DNA of 64,000 nt, taken from IMG/VR virus record IMGVR_UViG_3300021378_000019, positions 4,182 through 68,181 of that record; one strand, written 5' to 3'. Positions 45,759 through 54,954 of the stretch are shown here, piece by piece (position 1 is the first letter of the stretch; every line of letters begins with the position of its first letter). Source of the stretch: a virus. A program made the translations under genes and the position numbers. The notes beneath the pieces are model-generated. The model saw only the letters and a program-made list of their open reading frames with translations, made no database searches and was not told the DNA's origin.

Positions 45759-46171
45759 CTCTTTTTTAGACTTTTTACGTGGTTTCGGTGAATTTTACAA
45801 CTCACAATGCCATTGTAAAAGTCGTCTCGAAGAAGCACTTCACGATCAATTTGCTCCTTCAATTCCAAGTATCCCATTTCGCCTTTAGACTTGCATAGAT
45901 GTAGTATTTCTCGTTCAAAATTGTCTCGTCCAGTTTCTTCTACAAGAGTCTTTACTTCATCTGAAGAACCAAAATAGTCTTTCCAGTCAGACTCTGAAAC
46001 TTTTGTTCTACGCCTTGTTTTTCCTTTGAGTGGAGGAAGCTTTCTAGTAGACTTGAGAATTTTCTTACCCACATACTTCTTTTCGTTTGTCTTGTTTGTG
46101 ATGATATAAACGAAGCCAACATAGTCTTCAATCATATCACTCGTAAACTCTACGCCATTGTATAGCCACAT
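45755..46171 (-). CDS. putative GIY-YIG endonuclease domain protein
   Basis: GFVYIITNKTNEKKYVGKK resembles the GIY-x10-YIG N-terminal motif (GIYKITN..NGK.YIGS). Downstream R/E residues present. Confidence 0.45.
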   Translation of the reverse strand: MWLYNGVEFTSDMIEDYVGFVYIITNKTNEKKYVGKKILKSTRKLPPLKGKTRRRTKVSESDWKDYFGSSDEVKTLVEETGRDNFEREILHLCKSKGEMGYLELKEQIDREVLLRDDFYNGIVSCKIHRNHVKSLKKS

Positions 46172-46202
46172 AAAAATACCCCTACGCTAATAGAGGTATT
46201 TA

Positions 46203-46535
46203 TCAGTTTCTCCGCATCTGAGAGGCTTGAATTGCTTGTTCGCGACTGGTGATTGGTATAAGATTTGATTTGTGCGTAGTGGCAATACCCTTGATTAGGC
46301 TACCAGTATACTTTTGAGATTCTTTTTTATTTCCATTACCAGCCACTTGATCTGAAGTTGCAGGCATCGGTATTAGACCTTCTCGTAGGTTAGGCAGCGA
46401 GTATATACCGATACGTCTGCCATGCTTTCCACGAAGAGATTTGCCTCCTTTATAACCCATAGATGCAAGCCATTTTTCGTGTTCTTTTTTAGCTATGTCC
46501 AGTCTTTGCGATTTATTTAGATCGCGCTTGGGCAT
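46203..46535 (-). CDS. hypothetical basic protein
   Basis: 110-aa ORF. Confidence 0.5.
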   Translation of the reverse strand: MPKRDLNKSQRLDIAKKEHEKWLASMGYKGGKSLRGKHGRRIGIYSLPNLREGLIPMPATSDQVAGNGNKKESQKYTGSLIKGIATTHKSNLIPITSREQAIQASQMRRN

Positions 46536-46830
46536 TTCTCAACTCCATATTTTTTTCACGACCCATGAAGATACCCGCATAAAAGTCTTTGTCTCCTTGT
46601 TCTGTAATGCCATTAAAAGACAAATATTTACGAAATGTTGACTCCAAAATTGCTGCGCCTTTATTTTTGAACACATTTTCTGCATTTCCAAAAACAAAAG
46701 GATAAGACTCAAAGTCCCACAAAAGAGCATCGAACATGGTAATATTATAGTCTTTCATCATACCAATGATAGTTTCTGCATATGTGTTTTTATCGAGCAT
46801 GGTTATATCCTCAATAATCGTCTTCAACAT
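46513..46830 (-). CDS. hypothetical early protein
   Basis: 105-aa ORF. Confidence 0.5.
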   Translation of the reverse strand: MLKTIIEDITMLDKNTYAETIIGMMKDYNITMFDALLWDFESYPFVFGNAENVFKNKGAAILESTFRKYLSFNGITEQGDKDFYAGIFMGREKNMELRNAQARSK

Positions 46831-47014
46831 CGTAGTCGTTATCGGTCATAAAACGACGAATGGAGGCGTCGTCGCCAATAAATTCAATGACAGGATTGCC
46901 GCCGCCAGGCCCGCGGGTTTCAATCACTTTGAATTCAAGATCGTAATCATCGCACATGTCAAGAAACTCGCCAAGTTCCATATCTGCAGCGATGTCTAGT
47001 TCTACTTTAGCCAT
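46811..47014 (-). CDS. acidic hypothetical protein
   Basis: 67-aa ORF 25 nt downstream of the P9 -10. Confidence 0.5.
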   Translation of the reverse strand: MAKVELDIAADMELGEFLDMCDDYDLEFKVIETRGPGGGNPVIEFIGDDASIRRFMTDNDYDVEDDY

Positions 47015-47038
47015 TTAAGATCTCCTTCTTATATTATG

Positions 47039-47067
47039 ATACTATACTGATTCGGAACAAATGTCAA
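47039..47067 (-). promoter_or_regulatory. sigma70-like promoter P9, conserved family (TTGACA-N17-TAGTAT)
   Basis: GTTGACATTTGTTCCGAATCAGTATAGTATCATAATAT on the minus strand. The -35 abuts the TAG of the glutaredoxin gene. Confidence 0.6.
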
Positions 47068-47343
47068 CTAAAAAAGTTGATCGCCAAAGCCACCGATGGT
47101 GTTTTCAATTTCGCTCACAAGTTCATTATAGCCTCCGATATGACGATCATACCAAAAAATTTGAGGCACACTTTTAAGATCTGGAACAGCTTCTTTGAGC
47201 TCGTCATAATATTGCTTACGGCCGATATCAAAATATTCATATTTAAAACCATAACGCGAAGCTAAGTCTTTAGCTCTGTCGCACCAAGGGCAATTAGTCT
47301 TTCCGTAAATCTTGATTGTTGTATTCATATCTTGTTTCTCCAT
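47068..47343 (-). CDS. glutaredoxin (NrdC/NrdH-like redoxin)
   Basis: KIYGKTNCPWCDRAKDL ... VPQIFWYDRHIGGYNEL gives a CPWC active site and glutaredoxin fold motifs. True start may be MNTTIK at 47328. Confidence 0.8.
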   Translation of the reverse strand: MEKQDMNTTIKIYGKTNCPWCDRAKDLASRYGFKYEYFDIGRKQYYDELKEAVPDLKSVPQIFWYDRHIGGYNELVSEIENTIGGFGDQLF

Positions 47344-47623
47344 ATTTTTTTACGATGTTAAACCAAAAGTCCCAACTTTGCTCACAATGATTTTGCTCGT
47401 ACCAACTAGCACCCCAATCTATAAGCCAAACGAGGTTGGGATACCCTCGTATCTTCCAACCCCAGTTTCTTGCGCTAAATGTTTGATTGCTTGGACCGCC
47501 TAACAATACGTTCAGTAGAACGGAAAGGGCAATTCCAAGCCTTTCTATATACTTAACGAGGCGCGACCCAGTTTTTGATGTGATTAATTTTTTGATCTTT
47601 TGACCAAGTTTTGAGATAGTCAT
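47294..47623 (-). CDS. hypothetical protein (doubtful, overlaps neighbours)
   Basis: Start trimmed to internal Met. Still overlaps 47553..47858 by 70 nt. Confidence 0.3.
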   Translation of the reverse strand: MTISKLGQKIKKLITSKTGSRLVKYIERLGIALSVLLNVLLGGPSNQTFSARNWGWKIRGYPNLVWLIDWGASWYEQNHCEQSWDFWFNIVKKYGETRYEYNNQDLRKD

Positions 47624-47858
47624 TATCCTTATCGAAGAGTTTAAGCAGCTGCTCTTCATCAAATTCTTGAACGTCAATAATTTGTTCTCCTAGCCATTCC
47701 TGGGAAAACTCCTCAACCTCTTCACAAGTAACAGCATCAGCAGCCCATTCGAGTTCAACTTTAGCATCTTTGTTAAGATTTTGTAAATCTTCCATTGGTA
47801 TTGCGTACCGCATACGATAGGACGATACTGCAGTAACTATAGCATATTTATTTGACAT
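47553..47858 (-). CDS. acidic hypothetical protein
   Basis: 101-aa ORF. Confidence 0.55.
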   Translation of the reverse strand: MSNKYAIVTAVSSYRMRYAIPMEDLQNLNKDAKVELEWAADAVTCEEVEEFSQEWLGEQIIDVQEFDEEQLLKLFDKDNDYLKTWSKDQKINHIKNWVAPR

Positions 47859-47998
47859 ATTGAGTCCTTTCAGTTAATTGGAAGCATAGAGTGCAAAAAA
47901 GATCGAAGGGTAAAATGTTGATAGGAAACACCAAATCAAAACATTTACCGGAAGATCGAATTCATTGTGAAAGATACGTAAAATCATATTGTTTCTCC

Positions 47999-49114
47999 TT
48001 AGTCTTCGCGATTACCGATACCCCAGTCAATAACAACTGGAAAACGAGGAACGCCATCGGGTGTTGGCGTAAAGTAACGAAGAGTAACCCACGTTGGTTT
48101 TTCTTTTGCTTCAAAAAGTTGTTTCATAACTTCTTGATTACCTCGAACACCTGCACCAAATGTGCGGCCGTCAGGGAGTTCGAGAACAAAACGCTTGATA
48201 TAACCAGCCCAGTTACCTTTACCTTCTTCCACTGAAGAAACTACAAACTCGTCAGTCAAAAACTCTTTACGCTTTAGCAAATACTTCGAACGCTTGTTTT
48301 CATACGGAGTGTTGAGACGAATCATTTGACCTTCATAACCGTCTTCGAGGTACTGACCATACAGTGCATCGATTTCTTCATTACTATTTACAATTTGTGT
48401 TTTGACAATTACAAGTGGAAAACTAAAGCCTTGATCGTAGATGAAGTTATAACGATCCTCAAAAAGATCCTTATTATAACAATCATATACGTGATACTGA
48501 ACGAGTTCAGCACACTCTTTGATGTCTTCGGGTTTTGGCTTCGTCTTACGAACCAATGAAGTGATTTTATTGAAGTCATCTTTGAGCGAGTGATTGTAGA
48601 GTTCGCCGTCAAGTACCGCTTGAGGATACTTTGCAAAGAACGGTTGGAGATATTCAAAGATATGAGGGCAACTTACAATTTCCTTACCAGCACGAGTCCA
48701 AAGACCATCGGCCTTTGCAATACACCGAATACCGTCAAGCTTAGGTTGAGCAAAATAAGTATTAGTTGCAAAATCAAACTCGTGGTGTTCATATCCACCT
48801 GCAAGCATAGGTTTGAACTTTTCATATGTGTCTACGTTTGAAATTTCAGGAAAATACTCACGTTCTGATTTCTTGTCAAACTCTGCAGTCATCTCTGCAA
48901 TAGCTTGTTCTTCAAGTGAAGTCTCATTCGAACGTCCGACGTTCTTTTGCCTAACTGCTTTCCAACCAGACTCTACAATTTTACCTTCTTTGACGCCAGA
49001 ATTTGCACGCCATGACCAAGTCTTACCATCTGTACCAGCTTCAGCCCACCAAATGCGAACGTTACCGTTCGTGTCACGCTTGTAAAGCTCGGGAGTTTTG
49101 TGAATCACTTTCAT
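47999..49114 (-). CDS. ATP-dependent DNA ligase
   Basis: KLDGIRC (KxDG adenylation motif), EGQMIR and LLKRK motifs. Start set at MKVIHK (GAGGT RBS), downstream of the P10 -10. Confidence 0.85.
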   Translation of the reverse strand: MKVIHKTPELYKRDTNGNVRIWWAEAGTDGKTWSWRANSGVKEGKIVESGWKAVRQKNVGRSNETSLEEQAIAEMTAEFDKKSEREYFPEISNVDTYEKFKPMLAGGYEHHEFDFATNTYFAQPKLDGIRCIAKADGLWTRAGKEIVSCPHIFEYLQPFFAKYPQAVLDGELYNHSLKDDFNKITSLVRKTKPKPEDIKECAELVQYHVYDCYNKDLFEDRYNFIYDQGFSFPLVIVKTQIVNSNEEIDALYGQYLEDGYEGQMIRLNTPYENKRSKYLLKRKEFLTDEFVVSSVEEGKGNWAGYIKRFVLELPDGRTFGAGVRGNQEVMKQLFEAKEKPTWVTLRYFTPTPDGVPRFPVVIDWGIGNRED

Positions 49115-49141
49115 GTGTACCTCATTTGTTATCATAATAGA

Positions 49142-49170
49142 ATTATATACCACTTAGAACTAAATGTCAA
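49142..49170 (-). promoter_or_regulatory. sigma70-like promoter P10 with perfect TTGACA-N17-TATAAT
   Basis: GTTGACATTTAGTTCTAAGTGGTATATAAT on the minus strand. Confidence 0.65.
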
Positions 49171-49401
49171 CTACTTTATTTGATATGCTCCAACGGGTAA
49201 GTCGAGCGCTTTACTAAACTCGTCGAACATTTCTGGTGATAACGCTATAGTTTCAAATTGCTCAAGTTCATCATTCCATTGGCGAATATACACTATATCA
49301 TCAAAAATTGCAAATTGAACATCTTCATAATAATCGTGATTGTCGAGAATAGTAACAATGGTTTCGTCGTGTTCCATTTCAATAGTAAACATTAGTCCCA
49401 C
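49171..49401 (-). CDS. hypothetical acidic protein
   Basis: 76-aa ORF. Confidence 0.5.
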   Translation of the reverse strand: MGLMFTIEMEHDETIVTILDNHDYYEDVQFAIFDDIVYIRQWNDELEQFETIALSPEMFDEFSKALDLPVGAYQIK

Positions 49402-50033
49402 AAACTCTCAAAATATTTCCCGAATAACCGAAAACCATTGCTCATACGTTTTTGGTGTGCTTTACTACCTTCGCGATCTTCCCAAACCAGTTTTAGTCCT
49501 AGACCAAGACCTTCAGTATTAGTAGGATCGTCTTCATACTTGTAGTAGTCACCCTGCCAATCATCACGAGTCTTTTGTTCAAAAGCCCAGATCATTTCGT
49601 CGAGAACCCAGTCCCAACGTTTGTGATGGTTGTCATCCGTGTCCCATTCGTTCTCTTTTGGAGGCGCACTGGTGCTACGGATCTCTTCTGGTACATCCTC
49701 ATCATCGACCCACGGCGCTCCATGTTTTGTTTTGTGGAGCTGTTTAAGCATAGGGACAACGATATGAGAAAGAGTATGATCCATCGACCAAGTATCATAT
49801 CGGTCAATTTTTACATTGATCTTGCGTTTTTTACGGTCTAGGTATCGGTTGATTGTTTGATTATATACCCATTGTAAAGCATCTTCAAGTGCTTCTATGG
49901 CCCTCTCATCAACTGGAGCGTCATGTTCTTCAGCATATCTAGGCCAAAGACCATCGGAATATTTTCTATCCATATAGCGATTATGTACTTTACTGATATA
50001 GCGACCAGTATATGGCCCGATATAAATGCGCAT
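49392..50033 (-). CDS. hypothetical protein (Trp/Asp-rich)
   Basis: 213-aa ORF. Confidence 0.6.
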   Translation of the reverse strand: MRIYIGPYTGRYISKVHNRYMDRKYSDGLWPRYAEEHDAPVDERAIEALEDALQWVYNQTINRYLDRKKRKINVKIDRYDTWSMDHTLSHIVVPMLKQLHKTKHGAPWVDDEDVPEEIRSTSAPPKENEWDTDDNHHKRWDWVLDEMIWAFEQKTRDDWQGDYYKYEDDPTNTEGLGLGLKLVWEDREGSKAHQKRMSNGFRLFGKYFESLWD

Positions 50034-50034
50034 C

Positions 50035-50289
50035 TTAGGTTACTTTCATAAAAGTTGGACAGTCATTTTGTGGACAATAATAAGAAGTCGTACCTTCAAA
50101 TACCAATCCGCACTTAGAGCAAGTAGTGCTAGCATGAAAGTCCATATCTGGCTGTGGAGTGTTATCTCCTGGATAAACAAAGGGATTTGTTTGTGTACCA
50201 ACTGACCGCTCGAGCCGATCAAGCTTTTTGTTCATCCGATCAATCATTTCAATAATTGTTTCGAGTTTTTCATTAATTGTAGTACTCAT
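50035..50289 (-). CDS. hypothetical protein with C-terminal Cys4 zinc-ribbon-like motif
   Basis: CSKCG...CPQNDC. Confidence 0.5.
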   Translation of the reverse strand: MSTTINEKLETIIEMIDRMNKKLDRLERSVGTQTNPFVYPGDNTPQPDMDFHASTTCSKCGLVFEGTTSYYCPQNDCPTFMKVT

Positions 50290-50648
50290 GATTTTGCCTT
50301 TCGTTCGTCGCGAAACTTTTTTACGTCTTTACATGCGCTATTAAGCGCTTGTGAATAGTTCAAAGCAGTTTGTTCATTCATCACAATAGTAGTCTCCATT
50401 TCTGCATAACCTTGAGTGAGGATCTGCCAGATTTGTTTCCAGCGGTTTCTGTTCCACCACTTGCTATGATGATTTGAATATAGATGCACTTGAACATGAA
50501 TATCGTCTGCTTCTACTTCTACAACATGAGTACAATCTTCGCTCATACAATCGCATTGAATGTAGTACCACATTGAATCACCGTAGTCTCCTTGTTTTAG
50601 AACTCCAGTCGCTGGCTTTTCTGCTTTCATATCACTCATCCATATCAT
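50286..50648 (-). CDS. hypothetical protein
   Basis: 120-aa ORF. Confidence 0.55.
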   Translation of the reverse strand: MIWMSDMKAEKPATGVLKQGDYGDSMWYYIQCDCMSEDCTHVVEVEADDIHVQVHLYSNHHSKWWNRNRWKQIWQILTQGYAEMETTIVMNEQTALNYSQALNSACKDVKKFRDERKAKS

Positions 50649-50799
50649 CCAATACTAAACATTTATTATATTCAATTACGTAACCACATCCACGAAGGAA
50701 GTTCTGAAACTCGTCGAGGACCTCATCAAGAGTAGAATGATTGTGTACTTCTACTTCGATTTTTGTACCACTTTCCGTATCATATTTACTGAACTTCAT
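50632..50799 (-). CDS. unlisted small ORF (55 aa) filling the gap
   Basis: MKFSKYDTESGTKIEVEVHNHSTLDEVLDEF... ATG shares one nt with the upstream TGA. GAGG RBS. Overlaps the downstream start by 17 nt. Confidence 0.3.
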   Translation of the reverse strand: MKFSKYDTESGTKIEVEVHNHSTLDEVLDEFQNFLRGCGYVIEYNKCLVLDDMDE

Positions 50800-51095
50800 C
50801 AAGATCCCTCGTAAGTAATAGTGCGATCAGTTTTTTCATATAGTTGTTCCCAACCACAGCCATAAGCTGGAACGATCCTTACAAACTGTGGAAGCATGTT
50901 ATCATCTGCTTCACCATGACCTCCTGCAAGGAAATATGCTCCCGTAATTTCAGGATAGTTGTGCTTGAAGCGCTCGCGCTCGCGCTCATAGATGTCAAGA
51001 GCCTTATGAAGCTTTTTAATCTCGTCTTCAAGCATTTCAATTTTTGCTTGAGGAGCAAGTTCAGCTATTTGTTCTACTGGACTATTTATCTTCAT
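50799..51095 (-). CDS. hypothetical protein
   Basis: 98-aa ORF. Confidence 0.55.
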   Translation of the reverse strand: MKINSPVEQIAELAPQAKIEMLEDEIKKLHKALDIYERERERFKHNYPEITGAYFLAGGHGEADDNMLPQFVRIVPAYGCGWEQLYEKTDRTITYEGS

Positions 51096-51261
51096 TTTTT
51101 ATCTCATCAACTAACAGTTTGATTTCATCGAGCTTTGCGAGAATGTCTTCGATAATTTGCATTGTTTCGCGATGCTCCTTATCGTAGTATGGTTCTTCAG
51201 CGTATTCCCACATAGGTTTGGGCTCTTGTAGTTTGCGAGGTTTAAACCAGCCAAAAATCAT
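51082..51261 (-). CDS. unlisted small ORF (59 aa) filling the 160-bp gap
   Basis: MIFGWFKPRKLQEPKPMWEYAEEPYYDKEHRETMQIIEDILAKLDEIKLLVDEIKNEDK. ATGA overlap with the upstream stop. Confidence 0.4.
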   Translation of the reverse strand: MIFGWFKPRKLQEPKPMWEYAEEPYYDKEHRETMQIIEDILAKLDEIKLLVDEIKNEDK

Positions 51262-51641
51262 GTCTTATCGAGCTCCTTTGCTTCGAGTTCCTTTAATTTA
51301 AGATATACCATTGCTTCGTCTTTGTCAACAAAATAATGATTATTATCGCAATCAAAATACTTCGCTGTATTTCCCACATGAGTTGCATCCGTATAACGAA
51401 CATAGTATTCAGTCATTAGGGTGGCGCCGTCTGGATCGTGCTGCCATTTACCTTCAAGTTCCTTGCGAAGAATTCCAAGAACATCCCAAGTCACAATCTC
51501 ATAGGTGCGAAGAGGCACGTCATACTTGAACCAGTCTACGCCATCAATCTCTTTATAAATCTTCTTGCGATGAAACGATTGATTGCGTTCCTTCACAGAA
51601 TAAAACTTGTCACCTACTTTGAGTTTTTCGTGATTAAACAT
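51258..51641 (-). CDS. hypothetical protein
   Basis: 127-aa ORF. Confidence 0.6.
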   Translation of the reverse strand: MFNHEKLKVGDKFYSVKERNQSFHRKKIYKEIDGVDWFKYDVPLRTYEIVTWDVLGILRKELEGKWQHDPDGATLMTEYYVRYTDATHVGNTAKYFDCDNNHYFVDKDEAMVYLKLKELEAKELDKT

Positions 51642-51858
51642 CAGTATTACCTTCTTTCAACATCTCGATAGCCTTGAGAATATACTCGATCTCGTTGAAG
51701 TCGAGGCGGATCTCATTATACCCAGTATCACTGTTTTGAGCGAGCTTAATAAATGTACCACCGGCTTCGTCATCAAGCTTAACGTGAGTCACAAGTTCAC
51801 CAAAGATAGGACTCTCGGTTTCTTTATGAACAGCGATTTCAGTCACAGTCAGTTTCAT
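51634..51858 (-). CDS. hypothetical protein
   Basis: 74-aa ORF. Confidence 0.5.
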   Translation of the reverse strand: MKLTVTEIAVHKETESPIFGELVTHVKLDDEAGGTFIKLAQNSDTGYNEIRLDFNEIEYILKAIEMLKEGNTDV

Positions 51859-52316
51859 TCCTTCACTCCATATCCATATTTTTCTTTTTCACGCTTACGC
51901 CAAGAACGTTTGATTGCACGAGCATCTTCAAGCGCATTATGTAGGATAGCACTTGACTCAGTAGTCAGTTCACGGTCGATCTGCATAGTCATATTCAAAG
52001 GTGTATTGATTGCCATTCCGGGGCCAGTGATAAGGCTCATACAGAAGTATTTAATATCATCGGGCCAGTCAGCAATGATATGAACTTCTTTCCATTGATT
52101 GATGAACTGCCAGAGCTTTTGCTGAAAAAGCTGTTTAGTAATCGGGTCTTTGTTCAACCATGGTACAACATTTGCGAATACCCAAGAGCCATACTTCCAA
52201 TCATTCTCAAGGTTCAGCACCTCGTAAAACTCCTGGCCGTCGTCTGCAACGAGAGCCATCGAGATGAGGTCGCCTCCGAACTCGTTGAACTCGCAATCAA
52301 TAAAAAGTTTAACCAT
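51855..52316 (-). CDS. DEDD-family 3'-5' exonuclease (DnaQ/oligoribonuclease-like; DexA-like)
   Basis: LFIDCEFNEFGGDLISMAL (Exo I D.E) and HNALEDARAI (Exo III H....D). Confidence 0.7.
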   Translation of the reverse strand: MVKLFIDCEFNEFGGDLISMALVADDGQEFYEVLNLENDWKYGSWVFANVVPWLNKDPITKQLFQQKLWQFINQWKEVHIIADWPDDIKYFCMSLITGPGMAINTPLNMTMQIDRELTTESSAILHNALEDARAIKRSWRKREKEKYGYGVKE

Positions 52317-52557
52317 ATTTATAGTCTACCTTCTTTGCCATTTCTGCTACACGGACAAGATTGTTTGCCCAACTGCCCTTAACTGTAATATAGTGTAGTT
52401 CACTAGTTTCGTCAAGAACTTTTTCATACTCAAAATCAAAATCTATCTCGTCTTCCATTAACAGTTTCACAAACTCACGGATTTGAGTATTGTCACGGAA
52501 GTAGAATTCTAGTTCCCAGGTACAGATGCTTGCTCTGCCGTTCACTACTGGTTTCAT
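52309..52557 (-). CDS. hypothetical protein
   Basis: 82-aa ORF. Confidence 0.5.
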   Translation of the reverse strand: MKPVVNGRASICTWELEFYFRDNTQIREFVKLLMEDEIDFDFEYEKVLDETSELHYITVKGSWANNLVRVAEMAKKVDYKYG

Positions 52558-52853
52558 TATCCGCGCCTTTCACATGCATCAATCAAAATATCAACGTTAT
52601 TTTCAAGATTTTGTTTGCCTGTTCCTCGTACTTTATCCAAGTTTTTCATAACGCACAAATCACAAATTGCGATATCCAAACTTTCGCCTGTTCCCATCGG
52701 ATCAAATATCACTGACCCGTAATGACCATATGTACGAAAATGAAGTCCATTCATAGGATGAACCTCTACTTTTTTGCTGTCGCGCATTTCATATTCAAGA
52801 TTGTCAAGTTCTTTTGAACAGACAATACACGATATTTTGCTATTTATTTTCAT
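52557..52853 (-). CDS. hypothetical Cys-rich protein
   Basis: CIVCSKEL...CDLC. Confidence 0.5.
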   Translation of the reverse strand: MKINSKISCIVCSKELDNLEYEMRDSKKVEVHPMNGLHFRTYGHYGSVIFDPMGTGESLDIAICDLCVMKNLDKVRGTGKQNLENNVDILIDACERRG

Positions 52854-52973
52854 TTATTCTCCAATTCATTAATATATTAGCATAAAAATTGTACCAACGA
52901 ACATTAATATACCCACCAATGGTAATATTATACGTTGAAGTTTGTTATATGTTTTTGTTTTCATTTTATCAAC

Positions 52974-53291
52974 TTAATTATTTTTGGACAAAAAGTCATT
53001 AACGATATCCCTTGCAAAATCTTGGCCTTCTTTTCTACAAATAAACCACACTCCAACAAGGGTTCCAATCAACACGCCAGCCCTTAAAGCGACCAGCCAA
53101 TCAACACCCACGGATGGAAGAGTCCATGTTACAAATGACGTAGACAGTATAGTTAATATAAAAGTTCCATAAAAAATAGATGCTACAACAAAAGCCACAA
53201 GCAGAAACGTAGCGATGTATCCTAATACTAATTTCATTTTTTCACCTTTGTCCACGGAGTTGACCAAGTCATACACACCCACCAAAAACAC
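52974..53291 (-). CDS. small membrane protein (2 TM)
   Basis: LVLGYIATFLLVAFVVASIFYGTFILTIL and VDWLVALRAGVLIGTLVGVWFI. Confidence 0.5.
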   Translation of the reverse strand: MFLVGVYDLVNSVDKGEKMKLVLGYIATFLLVAFVVASIFYGTFILTILSTSFVTWTLPSVGVDWLVALRAGVLIGTLVGVWFICRKEGQDFARDIVNDFLSKNN

Positions 53292-53473
53292 AGTGATACA
53301 TGAGGTCCATCATAATACATATATTCATATCCAAGAAAGCGATTCTCTTTCTTTTCAATCCAGTCGAACCAATAGAAGTAGTAGAAGTACTCACCGGTCT
53401 CAAGTGTTTTCTCAGACTGCCACCATTCAATGCCATTCCATTTGAGTTTGAACTTCCAAGGATACTGTTTCAT
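53234..53473 (-). CDS. Trp/Tyr-rich hypothetical protein
   Basis: 79-aa ORF overlapping the upstream gene by 58 nt. Confidence 0.4.
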   Translation of the reverse strand: MKQYPWKFKLKWNGIEWWQSEKTLETGEYFYYFYWFDWIEKKENRFLGYEYMYYDGPHVSLCFWWVCMTWSTPWTKVKK

Positions 53474-53691
53474 TCTTCACTCAATTCCAATTCGTGATTT
53501 GCCTCGCCGACTTCACCTATATATTCGATGCCGAGTGCCGAGGCTACTTCTTCCGCAAATCTAACTGCATCTTGCCATTCGTTATCATCGAATCCAGCAA
53601 GACTTATGAGTTTATCTATAGACTTGATGACTAGATAGACATCAATAACTTCATATTCAAAATCTGGCGTTGTCTGTATCCAAGCTTTCAT
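53470..53691 (-). CDS. hypothetical acidic protein
   Basis: 73-aa ORF. Confidence 0.5.
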   Translation of the reverse strand: MKAWIQTTPDFEYEVIDVYLVIKSIDKLISLAGFDDNEWQDAVRFAEEVASALGIEYIGEVGEANHELELSEE

Positions 53692-54095
53692 TCTTTCACC
53701 TCATATACTGGAACACCAGCTTTCTTACCTTGTCGAATCATATCAGCCGTACCATTACCGCCTTTAAATGCTATAATAACATGTGGTTGTCCATTTGTCA
53801 ACATTAATCTGTTGCGAATGGGTCCTGCAGATCGTCCATGATTTCTCCAGTCTGCAGGAAATGATAGAACTTTAAGCGATTTCTCTCTTGCGTATTGATC
53901 TGCAAGAAGATCCGCCCCTCGTGCGTTTCCGTGAATGATGACCAGAACTTTTCCTGCAGCCCTCGCTCCTTCATGTACTGCGTCAAGTACTCTTCTAAGT
54001 CTATCGACTTGTCTTCTATCAATGATTCGTTGATCGTCAACGACTTTTGTTCCATAGTCTCTTCCGCCGCAAACGAGGACTCGGAACTCATTCAT
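53688..54095 (-). CDS. DUF2493-type SLOG (Rossmann-like) domain protein
   Basis: VLVCGGRDYG ... IIHGNARGADLLADQYA ... FPADWRNHGRSAGPIRNRLML ... FKGGNGTADMIRQGKKAGVPV fits the DUF2493/YspA-like pattern. Locally GC-richer. Confidence 0.55.
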   Translation of the reverse strand: MNEFRVLVCGGRDYGTKVVDDQRIIDRRQVDRLRRVLDAVHEGARAAGKVLVIIHGNARGADLLADQYAREKSLKVLSFPADWRNHGRSAGPIRNRLMLTNGQPHVIIAFKGGNGTADMIRQGKKAGVPVYEVKE

Positions 54096-54274
54096 TCTAA
54101 TCCCAAAAATTTACGAGCCTCTGGAATGCACTGACTCCAAAGTTCATATGGTTGATTTTCTCCGAGTTTGTCTTTTACCAAACCCATCTTCTCTGCTGCC
54201 AACATACGAGCAACAGGTTCTACTTTATCTTCAAGCCAGTTACGATCAAAGGTCATTTCCACATTTTTTCCCAT
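54092..54274 (-). CDS. hypothetical small protein
   Basis: 60-aa ORF. Confidence 0.45.
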   Translation of the reverse strand: MGKNVEMTFDRNWLEDKVEPVARMLAAEKMGLVKDKLGENQPYELWSQCIPEARKFLGLE

Positions 54275-54465
54275 TGTTCGCCATATAGATTTTTTGATGT
54301 TAGAAGCATGGAAAATGCTTCTTTCAAATCAAATCCACAATAGTCAGATTGAATGTTATCAGGTGCCCAGTTTCCTTCTGCCCACCTTTCAGACCAACCA
54401 TTTGCTCTAAGACAATCAGCCATCATATCTTCATCGTAAGTAAAGGTCATAGCCATCGATCCCAA
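54253..54465 (-). CDS. hypothetical small protein
   Basis: 70-aa ORF. Confidence 0.45.
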   Translation of the reverse strand: MGSMAMTFTYDEDMMADCLRANGWSERWAEGNWAPDNIQSDYCGFDLKEAFSMLLTSKNLYGEQWEKMWK

Positions 54466-54692
54466 CTCTTCTCTTCTTCTGTGAACTGTCCACCCATGCG
54501 ATCTGGGTTCAGCCGCCAGCCCATATCACTGTTCTGTTCCTGTAGTCGTTTGATTTCTTCTTCCATCAAAAAGAACTTGGTTGCGATTTTCTCGGCGGCA
54601 CGTTCAACACCCATTACAGTATGCGACTCGGTGGTTTGACCTGAGACCCACAGGTTTCCATTCAATAGTTCGATAAGTTGTTCTTTAGTCAT
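54447..54692 (-). CDS. hypothetical protein
   Basis: 81-aa ORF. Confidence 0.5.
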   Translation of the reverse strand: MTKEQLIELLNGNLWVSGQTTESHTVMGVERAAEKIATKFFLMEEEIKRLQEQNSDMGWRLNPDRMGGQFTEEEKSWDRWL

Positions 54693-54693
54693 C

Positions 54694-54897
54694 TCAGTAT
54701 CCTTGCTTGATCAGGAATTCTTTCATCAGAGTTGCTTCTTCACGAGTCATAGTGAAGCTGGCTCGTTGACTATCCCAACCTGCGTCTTCGTTTGCAGTGA
54801 TCATCACATCACCAGCTTCAAACATATAGACCTCAACAAAACGACCACCGCCTGAAACTTCCCAGCTGCGAGCATCTTCAAAAACACGATCAGTCAT
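54694..54897 (-). CDS. hypothetical protein
   Basis: Start set at internal Met (MTDRVF, AAGGAA RBS), downstream of the P11 -10. Confidence 0.5.
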   Translation of the reverse strand: MTDRVFEDARSWEVSGGGRFVEVYMFEAGDVMITANEDAGWDSQRASFTMTREEATLMKEFLIKQGY

Positions 54898-54925
54898 AGT
54901 AAGATTCCTTTGTTTTCCTATTATC

Positions 54926-54954
54926 AATATATACTGATTCTAAACGAATGTCAA
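54926..54954 (-). promoter_or_regulatory. sigma70-like promoter P11, conserved family (TTGACA-N17-TATATT)
   Basis: GTTGACATTCGTTTAGAATCAGTATATATTGATAATAGG on the minus strand. Confidence 0.6.

Noticed and set aside
46172-46202. Near-miss late promoter GATAAATA (minus strand) upstream of the GIY-YIG gene.
   Set aside because: First base differs from the strictly conserved TATAAATA octamer. It is not counted as a late promoter.
53804-54091. Alternative-frame minus-strand ORF (95 aa) completely inside the SLOG gene 53688..54095.
   Set aside because: Fully overlapped in another frame by a gene with clear family motifs, so it is treated as spurious. Likewise many short plus-strand ORFs in the listing (e.g. 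33086..33865, 35479..35784, 43355..43576, 48326..48841) are antisense to motif-bearing minus-strand genes.
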